From contig OY986948.1 in NCBI GenBank assembly GCA_963920595.1, positions 2,604,001 to 2,668,000 on the forward strand: DNA of 64,000 bases, written 5' to 3'. A program made the translations under genes and the position numbers. Under the pieces are notes generated by a model, which saw nothing but the letters and a program-made list of their open reading frames with translations, ran no database searches and was not told the origin of the DNA. How positions within the stretch are numbered: position 1 is the stretch's first letter; the number at the start of each line of letters is the position of its first letter. The DNA comes from Eimeria praecox (taxonomy: Eukaryota). Shown here piece by piece: positions 13,501 through 28,600 of the stretch.

Positions 13501-16500
13501 AAATCGGGTCCTACAAAAGAATCACAACGAGTTAAGAGCACGTGCAGTGCCTACTTTCACAGGTTACTAGCTAAGGAAGCTACGGGCAAACACCCGGCCA
13601 ACATCCTTTGCAACATCTCTGCAGACGGCTGCTTTCTTCAGAGGCTTGACACTAGAAAATGCCAGAAGAGCGCAGCAATGTGCATGCGTTGATCAACGCC
13701 TACCAGCAAGCCGATGAAGCCTGCAACTTATGATAATCGGCATCCAAACAAGCCCACAAGAGATTTAGTTCAAAATAACCGTCTTCTGCAAGTACGATTG
13801 AGCCTAAGTCGGCCTCTTTTCCGTATGCATGAACATCCAGGCGTTACTCTGTACGTGCCCCCCAACAATCAACCCTTTCCGCACTTTCTGCATGGTAGAG
13901 TATGCGCTACGATAATGAACGTCCTTCACTAGCACCTGCCTGCACGGATTATGCCTTGTGGTGCTTCTCTGATCAGCCGGTAAGCCACACTGCAACGTCA
14001 GGTAACGCCCATGCATCGGGAAGCCTTTGGGGGCTTCGCACCAACAGCAAGCCGGGTTAGGCGGATGACCGCGCACAGTAAAACGGTCTAAGTGTGCACA
14101 GCCCAGCGTGGCATCAGTAGGTCAGCCACACAAGCAACAATAGCAGCAAACATGCAAAGATTTACCCTAGGATTCCTGCAAGCACAAGCTGCGCAAAATG
14201 GGGCACCCCCAGATTCGGCCTCCGATTCTGCCCTGCGGCACTACACAGGTGATAAACTACAAGGCCATAAACCAACAACGCTAAAGCCACCCTGAGTTCC
14301 GACTCTGAAAATGTCTGCTGCCAAAGTTGGACAAGCCACACCCTTGTTCCAGCCGCGGAGCGAAATCACAATTGGCTGGCTCTGCAATGCATCTCGCTCT
14401 TGGGAGATCGCAACTGACCTCTTTGTCAACAGCTGAGGGAACAACCAGCCTTTACACTCAACAAGTTCGCAAGTGCCCAACTGAGGAATTCTGCATGCGT
14501 AACAAGCATGCGACCCTTTGAGATTTGACAGGGCATCTGCGGAGACGTGACTCACAAGCTGCGTCCAGTGCCTCCAAGTAACATCTGACCCGAAATAAAG
14601 CTGTTTACCAGCTCGTCTGAGCTACTAAATTCGCAGGCCCGGCCGTTGCTATGAGGAAATCCTGCTGCATGGATCCGCACTAATTATGCTTCGCCTTGGG
14701 CGATTCACAACACTTGCGCACCTGCCCTACCAACGCGCGTATACCAACGCCCGCCCCGCACAAAAGCTGGTTCATCAAGCCACAGACACACACATGCACA
14801 TGTATGTCAAGCAAAGCTCACACGCCAATTGGTGCAACTGCAGGAAATAGACCTGGCTTGACAGGCACCAAAACGCTGCCGCATATAAGCAGGAAATCCC
14901 GCTATGCAGAGGGTAGTAGGTAGGTATATCATGCGTAGCGAAGCTCGCTTCTCCAATGTTTGCGATCCCCTTTTCGCATAGATGCCTGTGAATGAGCTGG
15001 TCAGAAATCGAAGGGTCAAGCTGAAATTTAGGCTTGCCTTCAGGAACTCTCTACTCTGAACTAGGACCGCAGCCCTCACCTCACCACAATGCAGGTTATA
15101 GAGGCTGCCCAAACACTGTGGTGACCAGGGCTGCATGCTGCAGATGCAGTGCCTGATCGTCATGCTTTCACATCGCTTTAGGCGCCGCCTGCATTCTTGA
15201 ATCCTTTTGGAACGATGGCAAATCCGCGACTCCCCGGCTACATAATGCAGGTGACCCGCTCCAGACACCAACTCACGTTCTACAGTAACACAGCATTCGT
15301 GTAGGGGCATGCTCTGTCATGTGCTTTGACGTGCGCACAACCAGTTATTCGTCCAGCGAACCGTTGGCATCACGCTCAGCAGATGAAATCTACACCCATA
15401 TCTCATGTACTCTTTCGTGCAAGTCGTCGAAGACGGCTTCGGCCAACCATTGCGAAACGCATTAACACTTGTGAGGGTACAGGCACTTCAACGTATAACT
15501 AAGCATACACCTAAGGATCGTCCAGTCACAGATGCATGCAAAATAGGGGTACGTAGCAACGCTGGGAAGAAAAGAAAACCCTTTGTGACAGGCTATGCCC
15601 TGCCAGATTTTCGTTAGACCCTAACTCCTGCAAAGCTGAGCCGCAAAGCCTATCAGGCGGCATGCTGAGATTCTCTAGAAATTCTTGTGCCTTCATCGCT
15701 GGCAGACCAACTCACCATCCGCCAAAATAATTCAGGGCAGTCTTGCAGAGATCGGCTGCAACTCCCAGCTTTACCATGCATCGCAGTTTGCAACTCACAA
15801 AGCCAACCAACCAACCAACCAACGGGGTAAACGCAAGCAAGCCAAAATGCAACTGCTTGAGCCCTGCAATGCCGTCAAAGGACGCGCCCACACACTCTCT
15901 GTAAGGTCAGTCCAAGCTATGCGTCATGAAAGCTATCGCCAGATTGTTGGTTCGTCCTCAGTGCCGCATGTTTATATCCGTTCGCACAAGACCGACAAAC
16001 GGTATCGAGCTGAGCATGAACTAGTGGACTGTACGACCCAAAGCATCATATCCTCCACTTCCACTGCTAGTCGTGCACAAGGCTTTCTTAGTGGCGGGAT
16101 CTGCTATGGCCGAACGCCTGCCAGTAATGGAGGTAGAAGTGAGTTTACACAATTGGAACGTGCCCAGCGTCCCGCGCAAGCCATTATTCATAGTGGCTGG
16201 TACAAACAAACAATGCTTGTGACCAAGTCACAGTGTCGCGTCCAGGGCCCTTCACAAGTCAAAAGTGAAGGGCGCTGGTCAGCGGATTCGTGCTTCCTAG
16301 AACTACCAAGGGCCGCCTTGCTGTGGAGCACCATAGTGAGCGACTTCCACTGTAAGTTGCCGACCCACAAGGGCAAGCAGACAAGGAGCTGAGAAGAGCC
16401 TTTGAGGAAGCAGTGAGCATTTCCGCGCAGAGCAAAGCCAATGCTGTGGACAGGCGAGCAGATGCAGCATGTGCAGCTTAAAAAGGAGCCTTGTACCGTT

Positions 16501-16646
16501 GCCAAGGGTGTTAGTAGGATGCGCGGCAAGATTGAAGGACACGCCCATCGAAGTCCAAAACCTTCTCCGCGCGATACCGACTCTTCACGCCAGTTTCGGG
16601 CCCGCCCATCTCGTAAATTCCGTCTTCCCAATTCCTTTCAAATTCC
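10529..16646. repeat. Chimeric junction units between subtypes A and B
   Basis: 10529-10730 is A-like but diverged. 10730-11680 is a unique allele. 11719-12672 matches B. 12673-14205 is a unique allele. 14209-16646 matches B but lacks the 87-bp insertion. Confidence 0.88.
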
Positions 16647-19600
16647 ATCCTAATGGACTAACAACTCAAACTGAAGCGGCACGCTCCTGCGTCTGATAGT
16701 AATGCAGCCACTAGCTGGTTTCTATAGCCGAGTTCCTCAGTACACCAACGCACTGAGGCGATACCAGCGTTACTTCGAGGCGCCCCAAGCACCTTCAACT
16801 GTTTTCATATGATGCTGCAAAACAACATACCTCCTGAAGGGCCGAGCAGAATTACCATGATAGCCGTTGCACAAACTCCTGCAGATGAGGCGAACAGATC
16901 CATCCTCAGTCAGCAGCTTAGCATCACTGCAATATCACCGCACCTATCAGAACTGAATCGTCACCTCAACTTCTGCAAGCAGAGCATCTGCACGAAAAGG
17001 ACGCCGTTAGAGCATCGCGCTGCGACCCTTCACCGGCAGAGCAGCGTACCTTTAACTGAGTGGTGAGCGATCAACGACATCGTCGATGATTTTTAGCCCC
17101 CTCTCTCTGCCATATATGCGCAGGGGCGCTAGATCAGCATTAGTGGCGCCTGCAGCCCTATGTATTATACCTTTCTACTCAACTGGCGCAGCTGAGGCGG
17201 TCAGGCAGGCGCGCCACTAGGATTCCGCCCTTAGTGCTGTCAGTGCTGTCTTTTGTTCTATTGATCCAGCGTACCACCTGTCCTTCATCCCCTTACGCAC
17301 GATAGCGAATGGTAGAGCGATCCTGCGGATCGTGGGATGGGAAGTAGCAACACTGAGAGAGGGGCGCTGTAAATATGTGTCGGTCCTGCAACACTGCTGC
17401 GTGCAGAAGGTCCAGCCCCCAAGAAAGCATCGCTAACACATAGCAGCGGCACGTCGGACACGCAGGACGGGCAAATACAAGCCCTCGTAGCCTTGCAGAA
17501 TTTCCAAAGGCCGCACAAATTCGCACAGTACACACGGACGTGGCACCCAAGGGCTACCAGCCCACACGCTGCCCATTCCTGTCCGCTGGTTGCTTTGCAA
17601 GGCGAAAGGCATGTCCTTGTCCTGTGATGCGTCAAGCAGAGAAGCTTGACGAACTTTTAGCAAAGACCGCACAAATCAAACAGATGCCCTACACCTCAAC
17701 TGAGACACACTGGGGACCGAGCTCTCAATTCCCAGGAATCCTTTGGCCAACTCGCCAACGCGTACAAAGCCTAACAGCAGGGCCTGACTTTCCTTGGAAT
17801 GCCTTTGACTTGCGCATTGTCCAAACGTGCCACGTAATCACCTTGAATCAATTACGCGGGAAACCTTGCATTGTGGCTTTTGACCGTCACCAGCAAATAT
17901 GTGAAGAGCAATGCCAGAAGGGGGAGCGCGCCTACTACCACAAAAACCTAAATGCCAGGCAAACAATCAAAGGAATTGAGCAGCCCGCAACCTCACGAAC
18001 AGTGTATATCTTCCTCTTCATGAGATCAACCGGCGTGCAAGTTCTATGCTGCTCCCTAGCAATCCTCTCAAAATAGTCCTACGGCAGGCGCAGTTGTTGT
18101 TTACCAAAACTCAGCATGGCGATGACGCACATTCTAAAACCTCATTGGACTAGGAAAGCCGCATTCAGTAGCTGACGCGTAGTGAAAGCAAACGGGTGCG
18201 AAAAAAGACACACCTCCTTGCGTCTAGCCGACTTCTGTCGCATGCCTCATCCCAAACACGAGGCCAACGGAAACCAACAGAAACAGCGGGGAGCATGCTA
18301 TCGCTAGTCTACACCCAAATACGCTTTGTTCTGCTTCTCTACAAATTAGCACTGATTCGCTCAAATGGCTCACCAAGCAATACGCTAGAAGCAAGCTAAA
18401 TCGCAAAACGTACAACTGTTCCATAGCGCCTACAGTTGTCCCTTCCTACCCCTGGAAAATGCGGGGGCACTCGTCCCGCACAAACAAGCAAATTAACTTG
18501 CATATAAGAAGCTTCAAATCGGGGGGTTCCGCTTGCTCTCGACGCTGCCGCCACAAGGAAAGCACTTCTCCACTTCGATAACTGAACCGATGCTTTCGCA
18601 CCGAACTAAGAGCTCATGAACTGTCTCACTGAACTAGCTGACAACTAGGGACGGTGGGATCGAAAACATGGCCAGCAGCTTCCGGTTTGCTGTTTCAAAC
18701 GGTTTCCGCCCTGCAACTAACAGTCAACCAAAGACGGCGAAGGGCAGCAAAGTGCATGAGCTATTCAGCGCCTACTAATCAGTAGGTGCTGGTTGCATCT
18801 TGTGCATAGCGGCACCTAAGCAAGTCCTCAAGCGAAATGGTACAAAATAACCGATTGTTGCAGTTACGGCTTAATCTAAGTGCTTGCTTGCCGCATACGT
18901 ATGTGCAACCAGCCTTCAACCTACGCGTTCCCCTTAAACAACCAAATGTTCTCGCACATCCTGCATCAGGGCATAGTTCCTACGATAATGACCGTGCTTC
19001 ACAAGCGCTTGCTTGTTCGTCTGATGCCTTCCGGTGCTTCTCCCGGTCATCATCTCTCATAGAGACGTAAAATAAGCAACTTGACATACTAGCCTGCGCC
19101 TGCTAGCTTTACGGCCACACACATGTATCGGAACGGCTTCACGGCATCGCTCCGCCAACACACCAGGGTAAACAAACTGAATCACGCAGTTCGGTGTCAC
19201 TTTCTGAGCACCTCAGCTCCACAATACCATGCCCGACAAAGCCTTAGCACTAGCTGTGAACAGGCAGACATTAGCGGTAGGGATTTTGCACAGACAAACT
19301 CTAGAAAATGATGCACGCCCAGATTCTGCCGCCCATTCTGCCCTGCGGCACTACACAGGTGACAAACTACAAGGCCATAAACCAACAACGCTAAAGCCAC
19401 CCTGCGTTCCGACTCTGAAAATATCTGCTGCCAAAGTTGGACAAGCCACACCCTTGTTGCGGCCGCGGAGCGAGATCACAAATAGCTGGCTCTGCAAAGC
19501 ATCTCGCTCTCGGGAGATCGCAACTGACCTCTTTGTCAACAGCTGAGGGAACAACCAGCCTTTACACTCAACAAGTTCGCAAGTGCCCGACTGAGGAATT

Positions 19601-22600
19601 CTGCATGCGTAACAAGCATGCGACCCTTTGAGATTTGACAGGGCATCTGCGGAGACGTGACTCACAAGCTGCGTCCAGTGCCTCCAAGTAACAGCTGACC
19701 CGAAATAAAGCTGTTTACCAGCTCGTCTGAGCCACTAAATTCGCAGGCCCGGCCGTTGCTGTGAGGAAATCCTGCTGCATGGATCCGCACTAATTATGCT
19801 TCGACTTGGGCGATTCACAACACTTGCGCACCTGCCCTACCAACGCGCGTATACCAACGCCCGCCCGGCACACCAGGGTAAACAAACTGAATCACGCAGT
19901 TCGGTGTCACTTTCTGAGCACCTCAGCTCCGCAATACCATGCCCGACAAAGCCTTAGCACAAGCTGGTTCATCAAGCCACAGACACACACACGCACATGT
20001 ATGTCAAGCAAAGCTCACACGCCAATTGGTGCAACTGCAGGAAATAGGCCTGGCTTGACAGGCACCAAAACGCTGCCGCATATAAGCAGGAAATCCCGCT
20101 ATGCAGAGGGTAGTAGGTAGGTATATCATGCGTAGCGAAGCTCGCTTCTCCAATGTTTGCGATCCCCTTTCCGCATAGATGCCTGTGAATGAGCTGGTCA
20201 GAAATCGAAGGGTCAAGCTGAAATTTAGGCTTGCCTTCAGGAACTCTCTACTCTGAACTAGGACCGCAGCCCTCACCTCACCACAATGCAGGTTATAGAG
20301 GCTGCCCAAACACTGTGGTGACCAGGGCTGCATGCTGCAGATGCAGTGCCTGATCTCCATGCTTTCACATCGCTTTAGGCGCCGCCTGCATTCTTGAATC
20401 CTTTTGGAACGATGGCAAATCCGCGACTCCCCGGCTACATAATGCAGGTGACCCGCTCCAGACACCAACTCACGCTCTACAGTAACACAGCATTCGTGTA
20501 GGGGCATGCTCTGTCATGTGCTTTGACGTGCGCACAACCAGTTATTCGTCCAGCGAACCGTTGGCATTACGCTCAGCAGATGAAATCTACACCCATATCT
20601 CATGTACTCTTCCGTGCAAGTCGTCGAAGACGGCTTCGGCCAACCATCGCGAAACGCATTAACACTTGTGAGGGTACAGGCACTTCAACGTATAACTAAG
20701 CATACACCTAAGGATCGTCCAGTCACAGATGCATGCAAAATAGGGGTACGTAGCAACGCTGGGAAGAAAAGAAAACCCTTTGTGACAGGCTATGCCCTGC
20801 CAGATTTTCGTTAGACCCTAACTCCTGCAAAGCTGAGCCGCAAAGCCTATCAGGCGGCATGCTGAGATTCTCTAGAAATTCTTGTGCCTTCATCGCTGGC
20901 AGACCAACTCACCATCCGCCAAAATAATTCAGGGCAGTCTTGCAGAGATCGGCTGCAACTCCCAGCTTTACCATGCATCGCAGTTTGCAACTCACAAAGC
21001 CAACCAACCAACCAACCAACGGGGTAAACGCAAGCAAGCCAAAATGCAACTGCTTGAGCCCTGCAATGCCGTCAAAGGACGCGCCCACGCACTCTCTGTA
21101 AGGTCAGTCCAAGCTATGCGTCATGAAAGCTATCGCCAGATTGTTGGTTCGTCCTCAGTGCCGCATGTTTATATCCGTTCGCACAAGACCGACAAACGGT
21201 ATCGAGCTGAGCATGAACTAGTGGACTGTACGACCCAAAGCATCACATCCTCCACTTCCACTGCTAGTCGTGCACAAGGCCTTCTTAGTGGCGGGATCTG
21301 CTATGGCCGAACGCCTGCCAGTAATGGAGGTAGAAGTGAGTTTACACAATTGGAACGTGCCCAGCGTCCCGCGCAAGCCGTTAGTCATAGTGGCTGGTAC
21401 AAACAAACAATGCTTGCGACCAAGTCACAGTGTCGCGTCCAGGGCCCTTCACAAGTCAAAAGTGAAGGGCGCTGGTCAGCGGATTCGTGCTTCCTAGAAC
21501 TACCAAGGGCCGCCTTGCTGTGGAGCACCATAGTGAGCGACTTCCACTGTAAGTTGCCGACCCACAAGGGCAAGCAGACAAGGAGCTGAGAAGAGCCTTT
21601 GAGGAAGCAGTGAGCATTTCCGCGCAGAGCAAAGCCAATGCTGTGGACAGGCGAGCAGATGCAGCATGTGCAGCTTAAAAAGGAGCCTTGTACCGTTGCC
21701 AAGGGTGTTAGTAGGATGCGCGGCAAGATTGAAGGACACGCCCATCGAAGTCCAAAACCTTCTCCGCGCGATACCGACTCTTCACGCCAGTTTCGGGCCC
21801 GCCCATCTCGTAAATTCCGTCTTCCCAATTCCTTTCAAATTCCATCCTAATGGACTAACAACTCAAACTGAAGCGGCACGCTCCTGCGTCTGATAGTAAT
21901 GCAGCCACTAGCTGGTTTCTATAGCCGAGTTCCTCAGTACACCAACGCACTGAGGCGATACCAGCGTTACTTCGAGGCGTCCCAAGCACCTTCAACTGTT
22001 TTCATATGATGCTGCAAAACAACATACCTCCTGAAGGGCCGAGCAGAATTACCATGATAGCCGTTGCACAAACTCCTGCAGATGAGGCGAACAGATCCAT
22101 CCTCAGTCAGCAGCTTAGCATCACTGCAATATCACCGCACCTATCAGAACTGAATCGTCACCTCAACTTCTGCAAGCAGAGCATCTGCACGAAAAGGACG
22201 CCGTTAGAGCATCGCGCTGCGACCCTTCACCGGCAGAGCAGCGTACCTTTAACTGAGTGGTGAGCGATCAACGACATCGTCGATGATTTTTAGCCCCCTC
22301 TCTCTGCCATATATGCGCAGGGGCGCTAGATCAGCATTAGTGGCGCCTGCAGCCCTATGTATTATACCTTTCTACTCAACTGGCGCAGCTGAGGCGGTCA
22401 GGCAGGCGCGCCACTAGGATTCCGCCCTTAGTGCTGTCAGTGCTGTCTTTTGTTCTATTGATCCAGCGTACCACCTGTCCTTCATCCCCTTACGCACGAT
22501 AGCGAATGGTAGAGCGATCCTGCGGATCGTGGGATGGGAAGTAGCAACACTGAGAGAGGGGCGCTGTAAATATGTGTCGGTCCTGCAACACTGCTGCGTG

Positions 22601-25600
22601 CAAAAGGTCCAGCCCCCAGGAACGCATCGCTAACACATAGCAGCGGCACGTCGGACACGCAGGACGGGCAAATACAAGCCCTCGTAGCCTTGCAGAATTT
22701 CCAAAGGCCGCACAAATTCGCACAGTACACACGGACGTGGCACCCAAGGGCTACCAGCCCACACGCTGCCCATTCCTGTCCGCTGGTTGCTTTGCAAGGC
22801 GAAAGGCATGTCCTTGTCCTGTGATGCGTCAAGCAGAGAAGCTTGACGAACTTTTAGCAAAGACCGCACAAATCAAACAGATGCCCTACACCTCAACTGA
22901 GACACACTGGGGACCGAGCTCTCAATTCCCAGGAATCCTTTGGCCAACTCGCCAACGCGTACAAAGCCTAACAGCAGGGCCTGACTTTCCTTGGAATGCC
23001 TTTGACTTGCGCATTGTCCAAACGTGCCACGTAATCACCTTGAATCAATTACGCGGGAAACCTTGCATTGTGGCTTTTGACCGTCACCAGCAAATATGTG
23101 AAGAGCAATGCCAGAAGGGGGAGCGCGCCTACTACCACAAAAACCTAAATGCCAGGCAAACAATCAAAGGAATTGAGCAGCCCGCAACCTCACGAACAGT
23201 GTATATCTTCCTCTTCATGAGATCAACCGGCGTGCAAGTTCTATGCTGCTCCCTAGCAATCCTCTCAAAATAGTCCTACGGCAGGCGCAGTTGTTGTTTA
23301 CCAAAACTCAGCATGGCGATGACGCACATTCTAAAACCTCATTGGACTAGGAAAGCCGCATTCAGTAGCTGACGCGTAGTGAAAGCAAACGGGTGCGAAA
23401 AAAGACACACCTCCTTGCGTCTAGCCGACTTCTGTCGCATGCCTCATCCCAAACACGAGGCCAACGGAAACCAACAGAAACAGCGGGGAGCATGCTATCG
23501 CTAGTCTACACCCAAATACGCTTTGTTCTGCTTCTCTACAAATTAGCACTGATTCGCTCAAATGGCTCACCAAGCAATACGCTAGAAGCAAGCTAAATCG
23601 CAAAACGTACAACTGTTCCATAGCGCCTACAGTTGTCCCTTCCTACCCCTGGAAAATGCGGGGGCGCTCGTCCCGCACAAACAAGTAAATTAACTTGCAT
23701 ATAAGAAGCTTCAAATCGGGGGGTTCCGCTTGCTCTCGACGCTGCCGCCACAAGGAAAGCACTTCTCCACTTCGATAACTGAACCGATGCTTTCGCACCG
23801 AACTAAGAGCTCATGAACTGTCTCACTGAACTAGCTGACAACTAGGGACGGTGGGATCGAAAACATGGCCAGCAGCTTCCGGTTTGCTGTTTCAAACGGT
23901 TTCCGCCCTGCAACTAACAGTCAACCAAAGACGGCGAAGGGCAGCAAAGTGCATGAGCTATTCAGCGCCTACTAATCAGTAGGTGCTGGTTGCATCTTGT
24001 GCATAGCGGCACCTAAGCAAGTCCTCAAGCGAAATGGTACAAAATAACCGATTGTTGCAGTTACGGCTTAATCTAAGTGCTTGCTTGCCGCATACGTATG
24101 TGCAACCAGCCTTCAACCTACGCGTTCCCCTTAAACAACCAAATGTTCTCGCACATCCTGCATCAGGGCATAGTTCCTACGATAATGACCGTGCTTCACA
24201 AGCGCTTGCTTGTTCGTCTGATGCCTTCCGGTGCTTCTCCCGGTCATCATCTCTCATAGAGACGTAAAATAAGCAACTTGACATACTAGCCTGCGCCTGC
24301 TAGCTTTACGGCCACACACATGTATCGGAACGGCTTCACGGCATCGCTCCGCCAACACACCAGGGTAAACAAACTGAATCACGCAGTTCGGTGTCACTTT
24401 CTGAGCACCTCAGCTCCACAATACCATGCCCGACAAAGCCTTAGCACTAGCTGTGAACAGGCAGACATTAGCGGTAGGGATTTTGCACAGACAAACTCTA
24501 GAAAATGATGCACGCCCAGATTCTGCCGCCCATTCTGCCCTGCGGCACTACACAGGTGACAAACTACAAGGCCATAAACCAACAACGCTAAAGCCACCCT
24601 GCGTTCCGACTCTGAAAATATCTGCTGCCAAAGTTGGACAAGCCACACCCTTGTTGCGGCCGCGGAGCGAGATCACAAATGGCTGGCTCTGCAAAGCATC
24701 TCGCTCTCGGGAGATCGCAACTGACCTCTTTGTCAACAGCTGAGGGAACAACCAGCCTTTACACTCAACAAGTTCGCAAGTGCCCGACTGAGGAATTCTG
24801 CATGCGTAACAAGCATGCGATCCTTTGAGATTTGACAGGGCATCTGCGGAGACGTGACTCACAAGCTGCGTCCAGTGCCTCCAAGTAACAGCTGACCCGA
24901 AATAAAGCTGTTTACCAGCTCGTCTGAGCCACTAAATTCGCAGGCCCGTCCGTTGCTGTGAGGAAATCCTGCTGCATGGATCCGCACTAATTATGCTTCG
25001 ACTTGGGCGATTCACAACACTTGCGCACCTGCCCTACCAACGCGCGTATACCAACGCCCGCCCGGCACACCAGGGTAAACAAACTGAATCACGCAGTTCG
25101 GTGTCACTTTCTGAGCACCTCAGCTCCGCAATACCATGCCCGACAAAGCCTTAGCATAAGCTGGTTCATCAAGCCACAGACACACACACGCACATGTATG
25201 TCAAGCAAAGCTCACACGCCAATTGGTGCAACTGCAGGAAATAGGCCTGGCTTGACAGGCACCAAAACGCTGCCGCATATAAGCAGGAAATCCCGCTATG
25301 CAGAGGGTAGTAGGTAGGTATATCATGCGTAGCGAAGCTCGCTTCTCCAATGTTTGCGATCCCCTTTCCGCATAGATGCCTGTGAATGAGCTGGTCAGAA
25401 ATCGAAGGGTCAAGCTGAAATTTAGGCTTGCCTTCAGGAACTCTCTACTCTGAACTAGGACCGCAGCCCTCACCTCACCACAATGCAGGTTATAGAGGCT
25501 GCCCAAACACTGTGGTGACCAGGGCTGCATGCTGCAGATGCAGTGCCTGATCGTCATGCTTTCACATCGCTTTAGGCGCCGCCTGCATTCTTGAATCCTT

Positions 25601-28600
25601 TTGGAACGATGGCAAATCCGCGACTCCCCGGCTACATAATGCAGGTGACCCGCTCCAGACACCAACTCACGTTCTACAGTAACACAGCATTCGTGTAGGG
25701 GCATGCTCTGTCATGTGCTTTGACGTGCGCACAACCAGTTATTCTTCCAGCGAACCGTTGGCATCACGCTCAGCAGATGAAATCTACACCCATATCTCAT
25801 GTACTCTTTCGTGCAAGTCGTCGAAGACGGCTTCGGCCAACCATTGCGAAACGCATTAACACTTGTGAGGGTACAGGCACTTCAACGTATAACTAAGCAT
25901 ACACCTAAGGATCGTCCAGTCACAGATGCATGCAAAATAGGGGTACGTAGCAACGCTGGGAAGAAAAGAAAACCCTGTGACAGGCTATGCCCTGCCAGAT
26001 TTTCGTTAGACCCTAACTCCTGCAAAGCTGAGCCGCAAAGCCTATCAGGCGGCATGCTGAGATTCTCTAGAAATTCTTGTGCCTTCATCGCTGGCAGACC
26101 AACTCACCATCCGCCAAAATATTTCAGGGCAGTCTTGCAGAGATCGGCTGCAACTCCCAGCTTTACCATGCATCGCAGTTTGCAACTCACAAAGCCAACC
26201 AACCAACCAACCAACGGGGTAAACGCAAGCAAGCCAAAATGCAACTGCTTGAGCCCTGCAATGCCGTCAAAGGACGCGCCCACGCACTCTCTGTAAGGTC
26301 AGTCCAAGCTATGCGTCATGAAAGCTATCGCCAGATTGTTGGTTCGTCCTCAGTGCCGCATGTTTATATCCGTTCGCACAAGACCGACAAACGGTATCGA
26401 GCTGAGCATGAACTAGTGGACTGTACGACCCAAAGCATCACATCCTCCACTTCCACTGCTAGTCGTGCACAAGGCCTTCTTAGTGGCGGGATCTGCTATG
26501 GCCGAACGCCTGCCAGTAATGGAGGTAGAAGTGAGTTTACACAATTGGAACGTGCCCAGCGTCCCGCGCAAGCCGTTAGTCATAGTGGCTGGTACAAACA
26601 AACAATGCTTGCGACCAAGTCACAGTGTCGCGTCCAGGGCCCTTCACAAGTCAAAAGTGAAGGGCGCTGGTCAGCGGATTCGTGCTTCCTAGAACTACCA
26701 AGGGCCGCCTTGCTGTGGAGCACCATAGTGAGCGACTTCCACTGTAAGTTGCCGACCCACAAGGGCAAGCAGACAAGGAGCTGAGAAGAGCCTTTGAGGA
26801 AGCAGTGAGCATTTCCGCGCAGAGCAAAGCCAATGCTGTGGACAGGCGAGCAGATGCAGCATGTGCAGCTTAAAAAGGAGCCTTGTACCGTTGCCAAGGG
26901 TGTTAGTAGGATGCGCGGCAAGATTGAAGGACACGCCCATCGAAGTCCAAAACCTTCTCCGCGCGATACCGACTCTTCACGCCAGTTTCGGGCCCGCCCA
27001 TCTCGTAAATTCCGTCTTCCCAATTCCTTTCAAATTCCATCCTAATGGACTAACAACTCAAACTGAAGCGGCACGCTCCTGCGTCTGATAGTAATGCAGC
27101 CACTAGCTGGTTTCTATAGCCGAGTTCCTCAGTACACCAACGCACTGAGGCGATACCAGCGTTACTTCGAGGCGTCCCAAGCACCTTCAACTGTTTTCAT
27201 ATGATGCTGCAAAACAACATACCTCCTGAAGGGCCGAGCAGAATTACCATGATAGCCGTTGCACAAACTCCTGCAGATGAGGCGAACAGATCCATCCTCA
27301 GTCAGCAGCTTAGCATCACTGCAATATCACCGCACCTATCAGAACTGAATCGTCACCTCAACTTCTGCAAGCAGAGCATCTGCACGAAAAGGACGCCGTT
27401 AGAGCATCGCGCTGCGACCCTTCACCGGCAGAGCAGCGTACCTTTAACTGAGTGGTGAGCGATCAACGACATCGTCGATGATTTTTAGCCCCCTCTCTCT
27501 GCCATATATGCGCAGGGGCGCTAGATCAGCATTAGTGGCGCCTGCAGCCCTATGTATTATACCTTTCTACTCAACTGGCGCAGCTGAGGCGGTCAGGCAG
27601 GCGCGCCACTAGGATTCCGCCCTTAGTGCTGTCAGTGCTGTCTTTTGTTCTATTGATCCAGCGTACCACCTGTCCTTCATCCCCTTACGCACGATAGCGA
27701 ATGGTAGAGCGATCCTGCGGATCGTGGGATGGGAAGTAGCAACACTGAGAGAGGGGCGCTGTAAATATGTGTCGGTCCTGCAACACTGCTGCGTGCAAAA
27801 GGTCCAGCCCCCAGGAACGCATCGCTAACACATAGCAGCGGCACGTCGGACACGCAGGACGGGCAAATACAAGCCCTCGTAGCCTTGCAGAATTTCCAAA
27901 GGCCGCACAAATTCGCACAGTACACACGGACGTGGCACCCAAGGGCTACCAGCCCACACGCTGCCCATTCCTGTCCGCTGGTTGCTTTGCAAGGCGAAAG
28001 GCATGTCCTTGTCCTGTGATGCGTCAAGCAGAGAAGCTTGACGAACTTTTAGCAAAGACCGCACAAATCAAACAGATGCCCTACACCTCAACTGAGACAC
28101 ACTGGGGACCGAGCTCTCAATTCCCAGGAATCCTTTGGCCAACTCGCCAACGCGTACAAAGCCTAACAGCAGGGCCTGACTTTCCTTGGAATGCCTTTGA
28201 CTTGCGCATTGTCCAAACGTGCCACGTAATCACCTTGAATCAATTACGCGGGAAACCTTGCATTGTGGCTTTTGACCGTCACCAGCAAATATGTGAAGAG
28301 CAATGCCAGAAGGGGGAGCGCGCCTACTACCACAAAAACCTAAATGCCAGGCAAACAATCAAAGGAATTGAGCAGCCCGCAACCTCACGAACAGTGTATA
28401 TCTTCCTCTTCATGAGATCAACCGGCGTGCAAGTTCTATGCTGCTCCCTAGCAATCCTCTCAAAATAGTCCTACGGCAGGCGCAGTTGTTGTTTACCAAA
28501 ACTCAGCATGGCGATGACGCACATTCTAAAACCTCATTGGACTAGGAAAGCCGCATTCAGTAGCTGACGCGTAGTGAAAGCAAACGGGTGCGAAAAAAGA

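Noticed and set aside
15685..16392. 235-aa plus-strand ORF repeated in B units (also the 178-aa ORF at 17540)
   Set aside because: The 235-aa ORF has a non-ATG start and the 178-aa ORF starts at GTG. Neither is open in other subtypes, and their recurrence only reflects recent DNA duplication.
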